A stretch of 64,000 nt of DNA, from the NCBI RefSeq assembly GCF_963676685.1, contig NC_092352.1, forward strand, positions 23,188,001-23,252,000. Reading direction: 5' to 3'. Below are positions 1 to 13,500 of this stretch, piece by piece (position 1 is the stretch's first letter; each line of letters begins with the position of its first letter). A model generated the notes under the pieces. The model did not search any database, was not told the DNA's origin, and saw nothing but the letters and a program-made list of their open reading frames with translations. Position numbers and translations under genes: made by a program. This DNA comes from Mytilus edulis (lineage: Eukaryota).

Positions 1-88
1 TTAATTATGTTCAAAGAAAATTGCACAACAATCTTTAAATTATGCAGTAATAGTTACAATAATCATGATAGAGACAAGAACAAAAATG

Positions 89-833
89 TATGTGTTCCAG
101 ACCGTATGAGTATTTAGACCGTACGTGTACGGTCTGGACCGTATGCATATATATTCAAAATACGCATACGGTCGGATTGTACGCGTACGGTCTGACTAAT
201 ATTAAGAAGTTGGTCACGTTTATCAGATACAAATGTATATAACAGATCAACATAGCTTACATCTCAAATTAATGTAAAAAGTTCAATAGTAATTGAAATA
301 AAACAAAATAATGTTATAACTATTTTAAAAAATCACGTTTATTTAATCTGTTAATCTCCTGTATTTAGCATGTCAGTAATTCATATATTGAAGCCAAGTA
401 TGCTAATTAAAATTGAAGTTACAGAAGTAAACTTAGAGTGGGAGGACAATCGTTTTAGAATATTAAGGAACTTTACAAAAAAAATGCAAAGCAACGTGCA
501 TGAACAAATTATGTTACTGTAAAAAAAATATGACGTTCTTTGTGGAAGTCAGTGTCACCTTGAGTACCAAAATAGGAATCACGGATATAAAAATAAACAC
601 ATATTTAATTTCAATTGTTCGCTTAATCATTTCATCCATATACATGTAATAAAATCAATTTGTATAACTAAAAATAATGATTTTGATAAATATTTGTTTA
701 CATTTAACCAATATGATCCCAAAACATCAGCTGGACCGTACGCGTATACTCATACGGTCCGACCGTACGCGTATGGTCGGACCGTACGAGTATACGTATA
801 CGGTCCAAATACTCATATGGTCTGGAACATATG
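89..833. mobile_element. MITE with about 31-bp TIRs and palindromic subterminal repeats
   Basis: tgttccagaccRtatgagtatttRgaccgta inverted at both ends; repeated gaccgtacgcgta motifs inside both termini. Confidence 0.85.
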
Positions 834-1352
834 TAAGCTTTTCGAATCTCCTTTGCTTTTTAATGTACATTCACAACATGCTGAAATATTAACTTACAGT
901 TCTTTCAATACAAAATGAAAGTAAAAAATTCACATAACATAGTATCAAGAATTAAAACATTTTTAATCTTACAAAAACTTTGCAAAAACTTTCAATATAA
1001 AATATATTTAAAAAATAATAAATATAATAGAGAACTACACATTTACATATGTGGTAATTTTTTATTATCATTGGAGTGTATAATCAACAGAAATTAATAT
1101 TTGTCTCTGTTTCTTATCCCTATACACGTTCTGTACTGTACATTTTTTTGTATTTATACTAAAAAACATTAACAGTGAAATCCATTTAAAGTAACCAATC
1201 TTTCTTCTTCTTTTCTAGCTTCCTTTTCGTTTTCAATTCTTAAGAACCTTTTTGATAAATATTTAGAAATATACTTGGTATTCATTACATGAGGATGATT
1301 ACATTGGATTTATCGTGCCTTAATAAAAAAAATAAAGTAAAAATGAACTTAC

Positions 1353-1513
1353 ATTCCCTTCAGTATACCAATACATAACAGGAAAGAAAACAACAGCTTG
1401 TCTTTCTCAAATAATGACCGACAGACATTCCTGTAGATACTGTTTGTAAAATGATCGTTCAGGTTAAATATTCTTTCTTCCAGTACTTTTGATGGACTGC
1501 TGTTCATTATAGA
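1353..1513 (-). CDS. DNAH3: DNAH3 exon 57 (last in window)
   Basis: [18 protein letters not shown]. Confidence 0.95.
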
Positions 1514-4500
1514 CTGAAATAACCAAATTTAACATTTAACTTCAATAAACTCATTTCACAAATAGTAAAAATAAACTCAACAAATTCACAAATAGTAAAA
1601 TAAACTCAACAAATTCAATATTTTTGCATAAAAAAAGTGACAATAAAGCTTTCAAGAGCAAATTTATAGATTTATGCTGCTATTTACAATTTCTTTTACA
1701 CTTAATTCATAGTAGACCATGTCAATAGTGGAAACCTGAATGGGCTTCAATTCAAGTATCATCAACAATGATAGAAACTATATTACAAATGAGAAAAATA
1801 ATTGGAAAAAAGAGCCTACCTGAAGATATAGATTAATAAACTATGTCAATGAATACTGGTACATAGGTTCTATGTTGGCTAGATCTGAGATACAGAAGAA
1901 TAAAGCTTACCTGAAGGTATAGATAAATAAACCATGTCAATGAATACTGGTACATAGGTTCTATGTTGGCTAGATCTGAGATACAGAAGAATAAAGCTTA
2001 CCTGAAGGTATAGATAAATAAACCATGTCAATGAATACTGGTACATAGGTTCTATGTTGGCTAGATCTGAGATACAGAAGAATAAAGCTTACCTGAAGGT
2101 ATAGATAAATAAACCATGTCAATGAATACTGGTACATAGGTTCTATGTTGGCTAGATCTGAGATACAGAAGAATAAAGCTTACCTGAAGGTATAGATAAA
2201 TAAACCATGTCAATGAATACTGGTACATAGGTTCTATGTTGGCTAGATCTGAGATACAGAAGAATAAAGCTTACCTGAAGGTATAGATAAATAAACCATG
2301 TCAATGAATACTGGTACATAGGTTCTATGTTGGCTAGATCTGAGATACAGAAGAATAAAGCTTACCTGAAGGTATAGATAAATAAACCATGTCAATGAAT
2401 ACTGGTACATAGGTTCTATGTTGGCTAGATCTGAGATACAGAAGAATAAAGCTTACCTGAAGGTATAGATTAATAAACCATGTCAATGAATACTGGTACA
2501 TAGGTTCTATGTTGGCTAGATCTGAGATACAGAAGAATAAAGCTTACCTGAAGGTATAGATTAATAAACCATGTCAATGAATACTGGTACATAGGTTCTA
2601 TGTTGGCTAGATCTGAGATACAGAAGAATAAAGCTTACCTGAAGGTATAGATAAATAAACCATGTCAATGAATACTGGTACATAGGTTCTATGTTGGCTA
2701 GATCTGAGATACAGAAGAATAAAGCTTACCTGAAGGTATAGATTAATAAACTATGTCAATGAATACTGGTACATAGGTTCTATGTTGGCTAGATCTGAGA
2801 TACAGAAGAATAAAGCTTACCTGAAGGTATAGATTAATAAATCATGTCAATGAATACTGGTACATAGGTTCTATGTTGGCTAGATCTGAGATACAGAAGA
2901 ATAAAGCTTACCTGAAGGTATAGATTAATAAACCATGTCAATGAATACTGGTACATAGGTTCTATGTTGGCTAGATCTGAGATACAGAAGAAAAGAATAG
3001 AAGAATGGATGGCCACTGGTTTATATCCATTCCTTGTTTCATCAATTTCTTTCTCTGTCTCGGCTGCTATTTCTTGTTTAGCAGAAATTTCTTCAGACAG
3101 AACTTTAGAAGAAGATAAAATCTTGATGGCTGTCTCATCTTCTAGAATATTACCCTGAGTAAATATAAAACAAACAATTTATAAAAACTCTGGTGCATGT
3201 ATATAAACCAATCAAATCAGAGAATAGAAACTACTATATTACATGTTATACTTCACAAAATGTTCAGTTGATCCAAAGCAAGATATGGTGTTTCACAGAT
3301 GCAGGTCTTTTCTTTCAGCCAAAAATCCTTCAATATTAATGTTTCCCAATTTAAATCTACTCGTTCATAAAAAAATAATTTCTGCATTTGGTTACATTTA
3401 CAGGAGTAAAAAAATATGTTTTAGTCAAAATTACAATAAAAAGAAAAGTGGATAGATAGTATTACTCTAAAAGAATATGCATAAAAAAACAATTTTCAGT
3501 GGAGTAGTTAATAAATCTTTATAATTACCTCTGATGATGATAAAACTTCAAGAATCTTATCTTCAATTTCCTTGAGTTGTTTCTTATTTGAAGCACTTTC
3601 TATGATGAGTTGATTTTTCTTCTCTTCCAGTTCAGGTTTCTCTTTAGCAGCTACAATTCCTAACAACTGGTCTTCTAATCCTTGGGGTGTGATCATGAAG
3701 TTAACCAAACATACCTGTCAAATACACATTCAAATAATCATGTGGCTCACTGGTAAAAATTACAACATCAACAAAGTACTTCACAAAGCACTTTTCCAAT
3801 TCCAGCATTTTTTCTGTGTATAGGGTGCTATTTCCCCCTCTACTTTTAAGTTTGCCAAAGTGGTTATCTGTCAGGTCAGAAAACTCATCTTGTATCTTAA
3901 TATCAAATATCATAAGGGGAATTTCGTGTTGAAGTCGCAACTTTTAAGTCAGTGTGAATAAGTGGCTGACACATAATAATTAAAAAGAGTCTAATGCCGA
4001 AGACTGTATGTTGATTTTAAGTGTTGTTTTTTTTTGTTTCCCTTAATTGATGGGTAATCGACGTTAAGTAATTCTCAACAATTAATAAAACAAAGAACCA
4101 GGAGTAACACTGTGTAGCACTTCAACTTTAGAGCAGGACAGAAAAATAAATAAAAATCAATGTCAAAAATTGATTATGTTTCGACAAAAATATTGTCAAA
4201 ACAGATTCTTTTATTGCAATATGTGACATAATCAATAGTTTTTATTTGTTAATGCCACTTTCAGCAATAGTGTGCTTTTTAATGATGGTCATTTTTTATT
4301 GGTCAGGTATGCTGGAGTGTCTGGAGAGAATCTGACAATCCTAGTCAATTATGACATCTACCACATGCAGAATTTGAACCCACAACCTGAGAGTTGACTG
4401 GCTAGTGATATAGTAGTTTGACTACTTACACTGCTTGTCCACTGACCATCCTCAATAGTTTATTTTCTACTATATTACTTTACAAATAAACATGAAGTTG

Positions 4501-7500
4501 AGAATTGAATAATTACCTTGACAGATATCTCTGGTAAATAATGTGGATTTCTGAATCTAGTTGTAATATAGAGTTTAAAGTCTTTAGAATATTCAATAAC
4601 ATTGTCTCCCAGACGTATATAATCTACACCCTGTTGTCTGAATGTAAGTTTCTGTAAGATAGGTTCCAGTATAGGATCCAGTTCCTCTCCCACATTCTCC
4701 AGTAATACTGGTGTACCAAACTGTATAGAATTCTCAAGAGTTCTCAGGTAATTGGCATCAGAAAGTTTGATTACTCCAAGTTTGTTTTCTCTCTCCATGT
4801 TCTTTATCCATTTATTGGCTTGTCCTGTTTAAAATGGTAAAGTATTGTTTTTAGTGTAAACAATGTAGATGAGAAAACAACAAAATCCTTGAAATTTTAT
4901 CTCATAAAAATTGTGTAGTACAATGTAGTCTTATTGATGGTCACCACTCATAGCTTTTACATATCAGACTAAAATTATTTAATTGTACGACAAATTGTCC
5001 AATTAGATGTGACAACTCTCTATAAAAAAGAACAGAAATGTTTTCTTTGGAAACTGACCTTGTGGATCAATCATTAATGGCCATCTTCTTGACTTAGATA
5101 CAATGATACCATTGTCAACACTGAAGGTATCTACAGGAAGGCCAGCTATATTCCAGGATCGAATCTTTACAGGTTCACCAAGGGTAGCATTCAGTGAAAA
5201 ATTCTCAGAACAAGGAATGTTACGCTCAATTGAAGCTTTGTGCCACTTGGCAATTATTTCCTGTAATTAAATGCATGGCTTAAAAATTTAAAATACAAGC
5301 AGAAATAGCAACACAAACAATAGGTTGAAATCTACCAGCTAGTTAGATCATGGAAGTATTATATTGACAGGAACTACTACGACCCGACTTCAAACGTTTC
5401 ATCTGCGATGCCGCGCCCAATTTAATGACATGTTAATTAGCTTGAAACATGGTACGTTATTTACATAGCAGCTTGTGGTGCCCTACAATATTGTCATTCT
5501 CGGTTGATTTCGGGATTACGGATAAACGAAGAAATCGAAAGTTGTGATAAATTCTTAGGAAACAGCAATCGGCAAACTTCGGCAGATTCTATTACCTAAC
5601 TGTGCTGATTGAGTGATTGATAGATTAATGCGAGTTATCATTAATTCTATAGAAAACACGTTGACGATGGAAATGTGCACCAAATTTATTGAATAAATGC
5701 CCCATTTTTATTGATTTATTTTTTCGGTAGAAATTGCACTATATGTAATATATATCGCAAGTTGTGATTATATAATAACTACTGTTTACTCCATTGAGTG
5801 GCACACATTTCCTGCATATTTAAGACGATTGTAAATGATCGTTCTGATAAAATCAAAAGATCAAAGAGATTTTAAATAAATGTAGGGTAAGATCATTGGT
5901 TGGTATGTTCAGCTGAACCCTGATGTGTTGATTTTTTTTTAGTACTGCGACTTTGTATTTGTATTTGTATTTGTATAGTGACATTGTACAAATTTTTGTG
6001 CGACTGTTCAATAATATTTACCAGTATCATTTGTACGGTTTCATTTGGTCGGATAGTGATAACATATTTTAGGGGACAGAAATGTATTATATAAATATCT
6101 ATATAACGTAGTTTCTTCTGCTGTATTTTGTTGATTGGTACTTGCTCGATTAATTTTTGTATTATAAACTGGAAATTTCTACTTTCCAGGTTTATCCAGT
6201 AACTTAACCATATATATTACTCTAAACTTCACAGTTTTAATATTTATCAAATATATTTATTGTTAACCGGCGGTAATCGGAACACACCTTAATCACGATT
6301 TAAACTTCACCCACAAACTAATAAAATAATGTCACTCACTATTTCAAATCGTTGTAGAAAAAATAATTCTGGGCCGATTTTCATTTTTTATGCATCAGTC
6401 GATTTGTTTAAATAAGTTGTTCATGAATAAAGGTCTAACGACGCGATTGAAATAAGTAAAGGTGTTTTCCGACAGGTAATATTGTAAAGCTGTCTCGATT
6501 AAAACCAAATGATTGCTAAGAAGTATCTCTGGTCAATTTATGACTGCGGCATCGCAGATAGTCACAAAAGAAATTAACGACAGCGTACTAATTAGACAGT
6601 TTCCATATCTTTTCTACAGGGCTACCCGGGTTATAAATAAATGCTAATTAATCGTTGTAGTTCCTGTCAATATAATACTTCCATGGTTAGATACTGGTTG
6701 TGTTTGAATGAAAGAGCTTATCTTTATCAATCAAATGAAAAAGGGGTTAATAAAATATTTAAAAAAAAAGTGTATCACCTTTTCTAGCAGCCTGCATTAA
6801 TTTTTTTTTATCATTATTTATCTATTTTCAGACAGTTATCTGTCTGATATCAATTGATATTTTTTGAGTTCATTATTTCTTTATAGATTTTTTCAAACTT
6901 AGAATACTGACAAAATGGAAATTCATGACTAAAATGAATCCAAAGGGCAATAATAATTTACCTGTCTATAATCCACAGTGAAAGCTCCAAGATATGCCAC
7001 CAAACCAGATGACAGAAGGACATCACCAGTGATGTTAATGTATCTATCTCCCAATAATCTGGCAGCCTCTGTCCATCTGTCTTTCTCACCACCCAATCCT
7101 CCTATTAGTTTCTCTGCTCTGTCAAGTTTCTTCTCACAAATATCAATATTAGTCTCTAATTCTTTCTTCTTTTGTGTCATTGCTTCAAATTCATCATTCA
7201 ATGCTTGTAATCTATCTGTAACCTGTACAATAAGGATAAAAAAAAAATCATGTTTTTATTCTTCTTTTGAGTCATTGCTTCAAATTCATCATTTAATGCT
7301 TGTAATCTATCTGTTGACTTCGACATGATGAGGTTCTACTGTAGCTATAATGGAACTTCGCTTGAGTTAAGTAGTTCCTTAATTAAAAGAATTTTTAATA
7401 TCAGAATGTAAAATCTCAAATTTTGCTTTTTTTCAATATTTTTCAAAATAAATGTCTCCAAATATGTCAGAATGATGATGGAAGTGTTTTACAGCCCTTG

Positions 7501-10500
7501 CACGGTCGGTTACAAATGTGAGAATAAATGACACTCACCTCTTTGAGCTGTGCTCTTTTAGCATTAAGTTTTTCCATCTGAACAGCCAATTCGGATTCAG
7601 CCTCTGCCAACTTGAGTTTCTTTGGAGCTACAACTTTGGCAACCTTATCATAAATATCCATAGCTTTTACCCATCTACACAGACCTTCACAAGCTGTTGA
7701 TGCATTCTTAATTAATATAGGGTCAAAATCAGGGTTTGTTATGTATCTGAAATAAATAATTATTCAGTCAAACTTTTCAAGCATATCAGTCAATCAATGA
7801 ACCATAAGGTACTGAAGAATTTTTGATAGTGTCAATAAAATCTGAGTACTTTCTTTAAAATTCAGGCAAGTACTGAAGGAGGATAAAAATCAAATAGAAG
7901 AATGGATGCAATAATCACTATATACAAATCTTATTCAATATATAAAAACTCTATCTTACTTTTCTCTTATCTTTTTAATAATAGCTGGAGCAATATTATC
8001 TTTATCATATGACTTCAGTCTATCCAGGAACTTAAAATCTGCCAGGAGTTTCTGAGAAGGTCCCCAATAATCTTCTACCATCTTTCCTGTACCAGTTGGA
8101 TCTGGTTTTCTCTCAGACTTGGCATTCATCATTACACATACTGATTCCATAACAAGTCGTACAGGTGCTGGTGGATTCTAGAAGAGAAATCAGTCATTAT
8201 TGTCTGTTCTATTTCTTTCCTCACTCAATCATTTATTCTTGATAGAGACGTTTTTATGGATTTGGCTACCAACTAACTAATTGAAGAACAATTGAATAAA
8301 AAAAAAATCATTTCAAACCTTCTCAGCTTTATACAGAAGCAATACATTTTATATTTTTTTTTTATTGCAAAATCGAATGGATAAAAGATAAATAAAAATT
8401 AATGAAAACTTTCCAGATTGTTGAAAAAAGGTTTTATAGAAAGTCTGAAATACATGTAAACAGTGTGGAATATCTGACAGGTGATTCCTTAATCCCTTGA
8501 TATGGTATTATAATATTTATCAATAATAAGTCATCATTGTATACCTTCATGGATTTGACTAATGTAATATCTGCTGGTTTCAAAGTGTTTAAGGCTTGGA
8601 TTGCAGCCTCAAGAGCTGGGATAGCCTCAGCCAGTTCACTTTCACATTCATCTTTAATAGCCTGAGCTGCAGCAGCGGCAGCGTTAGCCACAGCTTCATC
8701 AGCAGCTACTACTTCTTTCTTTGCTTCCACTTCCACAGTATCCTGTTCTATTTTGATCATCAACTTCTCTGTCTCAGCAGAAGTTTTAATGAGCTCTGGT
8801 TGTAAAGCCTTAAGTTCTGCCTGCATAATGGAGACTTGTGATGCAGCAAAATCCAGCTTCTCAAGACCAACCAAATACCTATTCCTTAGGGTAAGAATTT
8901 CATCACGTTTGACACCCAACAGAGACTTGAATGTCATGATCAGTTCTAAATATGATGTTGGTGTCACATAATTATGTCTTCTTAGTTGGTCCATAAAGCT
9001 AAAAGTACCAATATGCAGACATTTTAAATTTATTAAACTGACATGTTAGTTAAATTGTTTTCATAGTTCACATTTTTAAAAGTACCAATTTGTTGAAAAA
9101 GAAATATTTTAATACTGCTATTTTTCAATTCCATAAATTAATCGTAGTAAAAACACTTAAAATGTATTCAACATTCTAGTTAGGAACATAAATACTTAAT
9201 TTTACTAATCTTATATTGCCTTTTGTCTAGATACTAGAAATGGATATGGTTCTAAGGCAAGTCTGTCAAAAAACATGTTTAATATAGTGTAAAATTCATT
9301 ATATCGTTGTTGCAAATCACAACATATGTAATACCAAGAACAACTAACTTATCCCATACCTGACAGAAAGTTCTCTGACACTCTCATGGAACATTTTGCA
9401 CATAACCACACTCTCTTTCCTTATGGAATCATCTAAATCAACTTCTTCTAAGAATTTATTAGCTACCATCTCCAAAGCATCTGGCGGCCATGTCTACAAT
9501 AAATATGAATTATAGTATTCTGGAAATATACAACTCTTCTTCGTATGTTTTAAAAAACAAGTATCAAATCAAATGTGTTAAACTCTCATCCTTACTACTG
9601 GTAATACTGTTACACATTGACAACATTTTGGCTGACATGGAAATCTGCGAAACTAGTATATAATGTTACGTTCTAAAGTCTCTTGGTCATATATTCACAT
9701 CATTCTGTCACAGCACCAATATCTTGGGTGTTATTAACTTGTTTCTGTAAAGAAAATTACATCTTACTAATTCAGATGCTTTTCATTTCTATCATTCATA
9801 GAACATGTAACAATAGCTTTACATTTCAGTACACCAGCGTGTCCGAAAGTTCGGAAAAGAATTGCTAAAATTAAGTTTTGAAGTCTCTTGGTCCATATTC
9901 CTGACTTTTTTATTGAGTCTACTCACCTGGAACCAATCTATAGTACAGCAGTTAATCAGTGAAGGGAACATCCTCAGACGATTCCTGAAGGCATCTCCAA
10001 TAGGACTCATGGCTAACACTATGTGAAGGTTCTTTTTCACACGTTCAATGAAATAGTTGTACATAGCTAAGGGTGTGGCATCCATTTTTTTACCCTGTAA
10101 ATATTGTGATGAGAATAAAATGATATAACCCTGTGTAAGTGTTTCATTAAAAAACGACTATACTAAAACTAGTCACTAAAATACAGGATATTCACCAGTG
10201 TTTTCAGCCTTCCTTAATATTTTATACTTTGGCTTCTTTTAAAGCTTTGCATCAATTTTATTGCCAAACCAAAATATTAAAATTTCTTTTTCACTCTACT
10301 GAATACATGCATTACAATCAGTGAATCTATGATAAAACTTAACATTAAACATTTATTATATATTTTATCTGAGATATGGACTTGACCACCAAATAGATCA
10401 CTATCCCTATGTCGAGCTTTCTGCGATAAAATTTGCAGGCTCAACAAAAAGAAGTTTCTACAAAAATAAATGAATCCTAAGTAACTAAATAACTGTTAGT

Positions 10501-13500
10501 GCTATATTTAATTGATACTGAATACACTTATTCTGATATATTTGATACATATAATATATGCATGAATGTGAAACCTAATATCATGAATTAAGTAAGGATT
10601 ATAGTTTTAAAAGTAGAATTTACTAAAACTAAACATGCTGTTTCTAGTTCTAACTGTTAAGTACAGTTACAATTCATTCATACATAACCAAGAAGTAATT
10701 TCTATTTATACTAGTTCATACTTATAATACTTTTGTAATATAATTTGTTAACTAGAAATGGAAAAGACTATGTGTCTACATAGATGTGTGAACCTTCGTT
10801 TATGTGCTCATTCTATAGACATAGTATAGAATAGTATTTCTTTTAAATTCAGAATTAAGCAACCTATAAGTAACTTATGAATATTATACATGTATTATAC
10901 AAAATGGCTAAAATAGTTGTTGCCAAATTCTGAACTTTCTGTAGAATTTCAAAAGCTGAGATATACCACCCATGCTTATGCTATTTATAAAGCTAATATA
11001 TAACATAACCTGTATATAGTATCATGCAACGAGACTAATGTATCACATGACCTGTAGTCATGGTTACTACAGTACTTACTGAATACTTCTCCTGAAATTG
11101 TCATTAAAGTAAAAAAAAAAACACATTAAAATAGCTGGAACAAATATATAAAAATATCATTTGAGAACACTTTATTATAGAGATTTTAAAACCTTCAATA
11201 AAATCATAATGTGCTTCATTCAAAATACAAACTTATAATCTTTTCAGCTTTGCAAGTCATATTTGCATATCTTAATACAATATTATATATAGTTTGCATT
11301 AATTCAACTTTGTGATCCTGAATGTTTTTTTGATAATTTTAGATTTATTCAATGTTTGATGTTCATTGAACACAAGCAGAATGTGCACAAAACATTAAAA
11401 ATGATTGCATGTCTTTGTGCATGACACATCTAGTAAATTTAAAATATTGATTAGATATTCCCACATCATTGTAACATTTAAAATTACAAAGGCATTGAAG
11501 TTAAACATTCTTTTCTTTTACATTCTAAATAAAATCATCTTATAATTCCAATAAATTTGTAGAATATTTTGATTACCCTAGTGAAACAAAATTATTTACC
11601 TGACATTTTCCCCATATTAAATCTAGTAAAGAATTATCTTCCCTGGCAATAGAAATACTAGTACCCTATGAACCACAGAATCTTGGTCAAACCCTAACAG
11701 TGCATATATTTTAAGTTAAAAAAAATTAACCTGATATAGTATAGTAAAACAGAGGGCGCAGAGATCTGAAAACATAAACGCCTCCCCTTTCATAGGCAGA
11801 GCATAAAAATCATTTCACAACACTATGAATTGTGTTTGAGTGTTAACTGTTGGTGTACATCTCACCTCACAACATCACAACATAAAAGCATTTTATAACT
11901 GAAAATGCAAATGAATAGAAATGATACTTAAATTCACTATGGTTGGGTGAACAAGGAAACAGACAAAAAAAACCAACTTTATTACAAAAAAAAATTGCAA
12001 TTTCATTTAATCAAGTCTCCATAATTGTTTCTAGATTGTATTGAAGATTATGTATGCTGATATATTTGTTTAACACCTTATAAGGGAGTAAGAAATGTAA
12101 AACTGATGACAGATTTCTTTCTTACTCAAAGCAGTGAAATTCCAGAATGCAGGGTTTAATACATTTTTTAATTTAACTGACATTTTTCCAGAATACATTT
12201 TAAACCAAAAAAAAAGTAGAAAAGAACAGTGAATTGTTTTAAAGTCAATGCTGACATATGAATCTATAATACAGCTAGAATATAGACATCACATATATAT
12301 GAAACAAATGGGATTTTTTCAGGTTTGAAAATATGGTTTGCTTGAATTACCGAAGAAAATTCATCTTCTTGAACTTCCTTATTTGCAACATCATTTTTTG
12401 GCTGTAAACAAAAAAAATAAACAAACTGAGGAATATATATAATGTAAAACTGATGATAGCTATTCAAGAAAATTTGGTGATTCCCATTGTTGTTGTTTTA
12501 CTGAGACAACCCATTCTTTACAATTTCAAATTCAACATGTTTTAAAATTTTTGGTATGTTTTTAAGTTCAAAATTAAAGACTTAAAGATTATGTTTAATT
12601 AATTAATTCAGAAGACTCTTATTACTCAAATTAATTTAAAATGCAGAGTAAAAAATTCTAATCTTCCAAGAATAGCATCATGAACAAAACAGGAATTAAC
12701 GGATGATAAAAATGAATGCCTTTTCTTCTGGAGGAGCTGTTTGACCAGTCTCTTTGGCCTCCTTAGCTTTGGCAGCTGCATTAATTTCCTAAAACAATCA
12801 TTCATAAAATATTATAAAATTAGGGGTTTTGGGGAGTCATAACTAAATTTTGTTTTGTTTATTTAACTTTTTACTGTGTTCTACCAACAAATTTCATAGA
12901 GCATCCTGGTACACAGGAAATTTTAAAACAGTCCTTGCTATTATAGCTCATTACTCATAAGAAGTGATAAAATCACGAGCAAAAACTTTACAGTTTATCC
13001 AAAAAATTGCTGAACCATGAAAATGAGGACAAGCACAATAAATTAGCCAGATTGAAATTTCAGAAAACATAAGGCATCTTTTTACAAGATATGAATTATT
13101 CAATTTTTCTCACCTTTAATTTTTTTAGCTTTATTTTTAACCAATAGTGAAAGATTTTAGCCTTGGATTAGCATTCCTGAGTCTTTTGCAACATTCATAA
13201 TAATTGAGATTAAAAACTGTAGTGGTGCACATATTAATAACTACACTGGACACACAACACTGCACATCACATCCATTAATATTAGTTTATAAAGTTTTAG
13301 TAATTGCATGAGCTCTCCATTTTAACTTGCATATTCATTAATCAACAACACTCCTAATATATCTATCACAAAATATTTGTGAAACCCAAATGGAAAAGAT
13401 TATATTACCTCTTGTCTAGCAACAGCCTGCATTTTCTCTATTAATTCAGCTTTCTCATCTGAGGCAAAGATATTAGGAACATCACCAGTATTTAAAATCA

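Noticed and set aside
677-918. Short plus-strand ORFs
   Set aside because: They overlap the MITE's palindromic terminal repeats; no protein signature.
1818-2992. CRISPR-like or repeated-domain coding array
   Set aside because: Units are head-to-tail with no unique spacers, the DNA is eukaryotic, and the 91-bp period breaks frame and contains stops.
6978-8971. Plus-strand ORFs 6978-7328, 7518-7700, 8596-8805, 8753-8971 (and similar ones at 23795, 31808, 35242, 37770)
   Set aside because: They are antisense shadows of dynein exons; no evidence for a nested gene.
12126-12176. Another ag..gtaaga-bounded 51-nt segment in intron 46
   Set aside because: Open only in phase 1, weak acceptor, and I could not close a frame-consistent path to exon 47.
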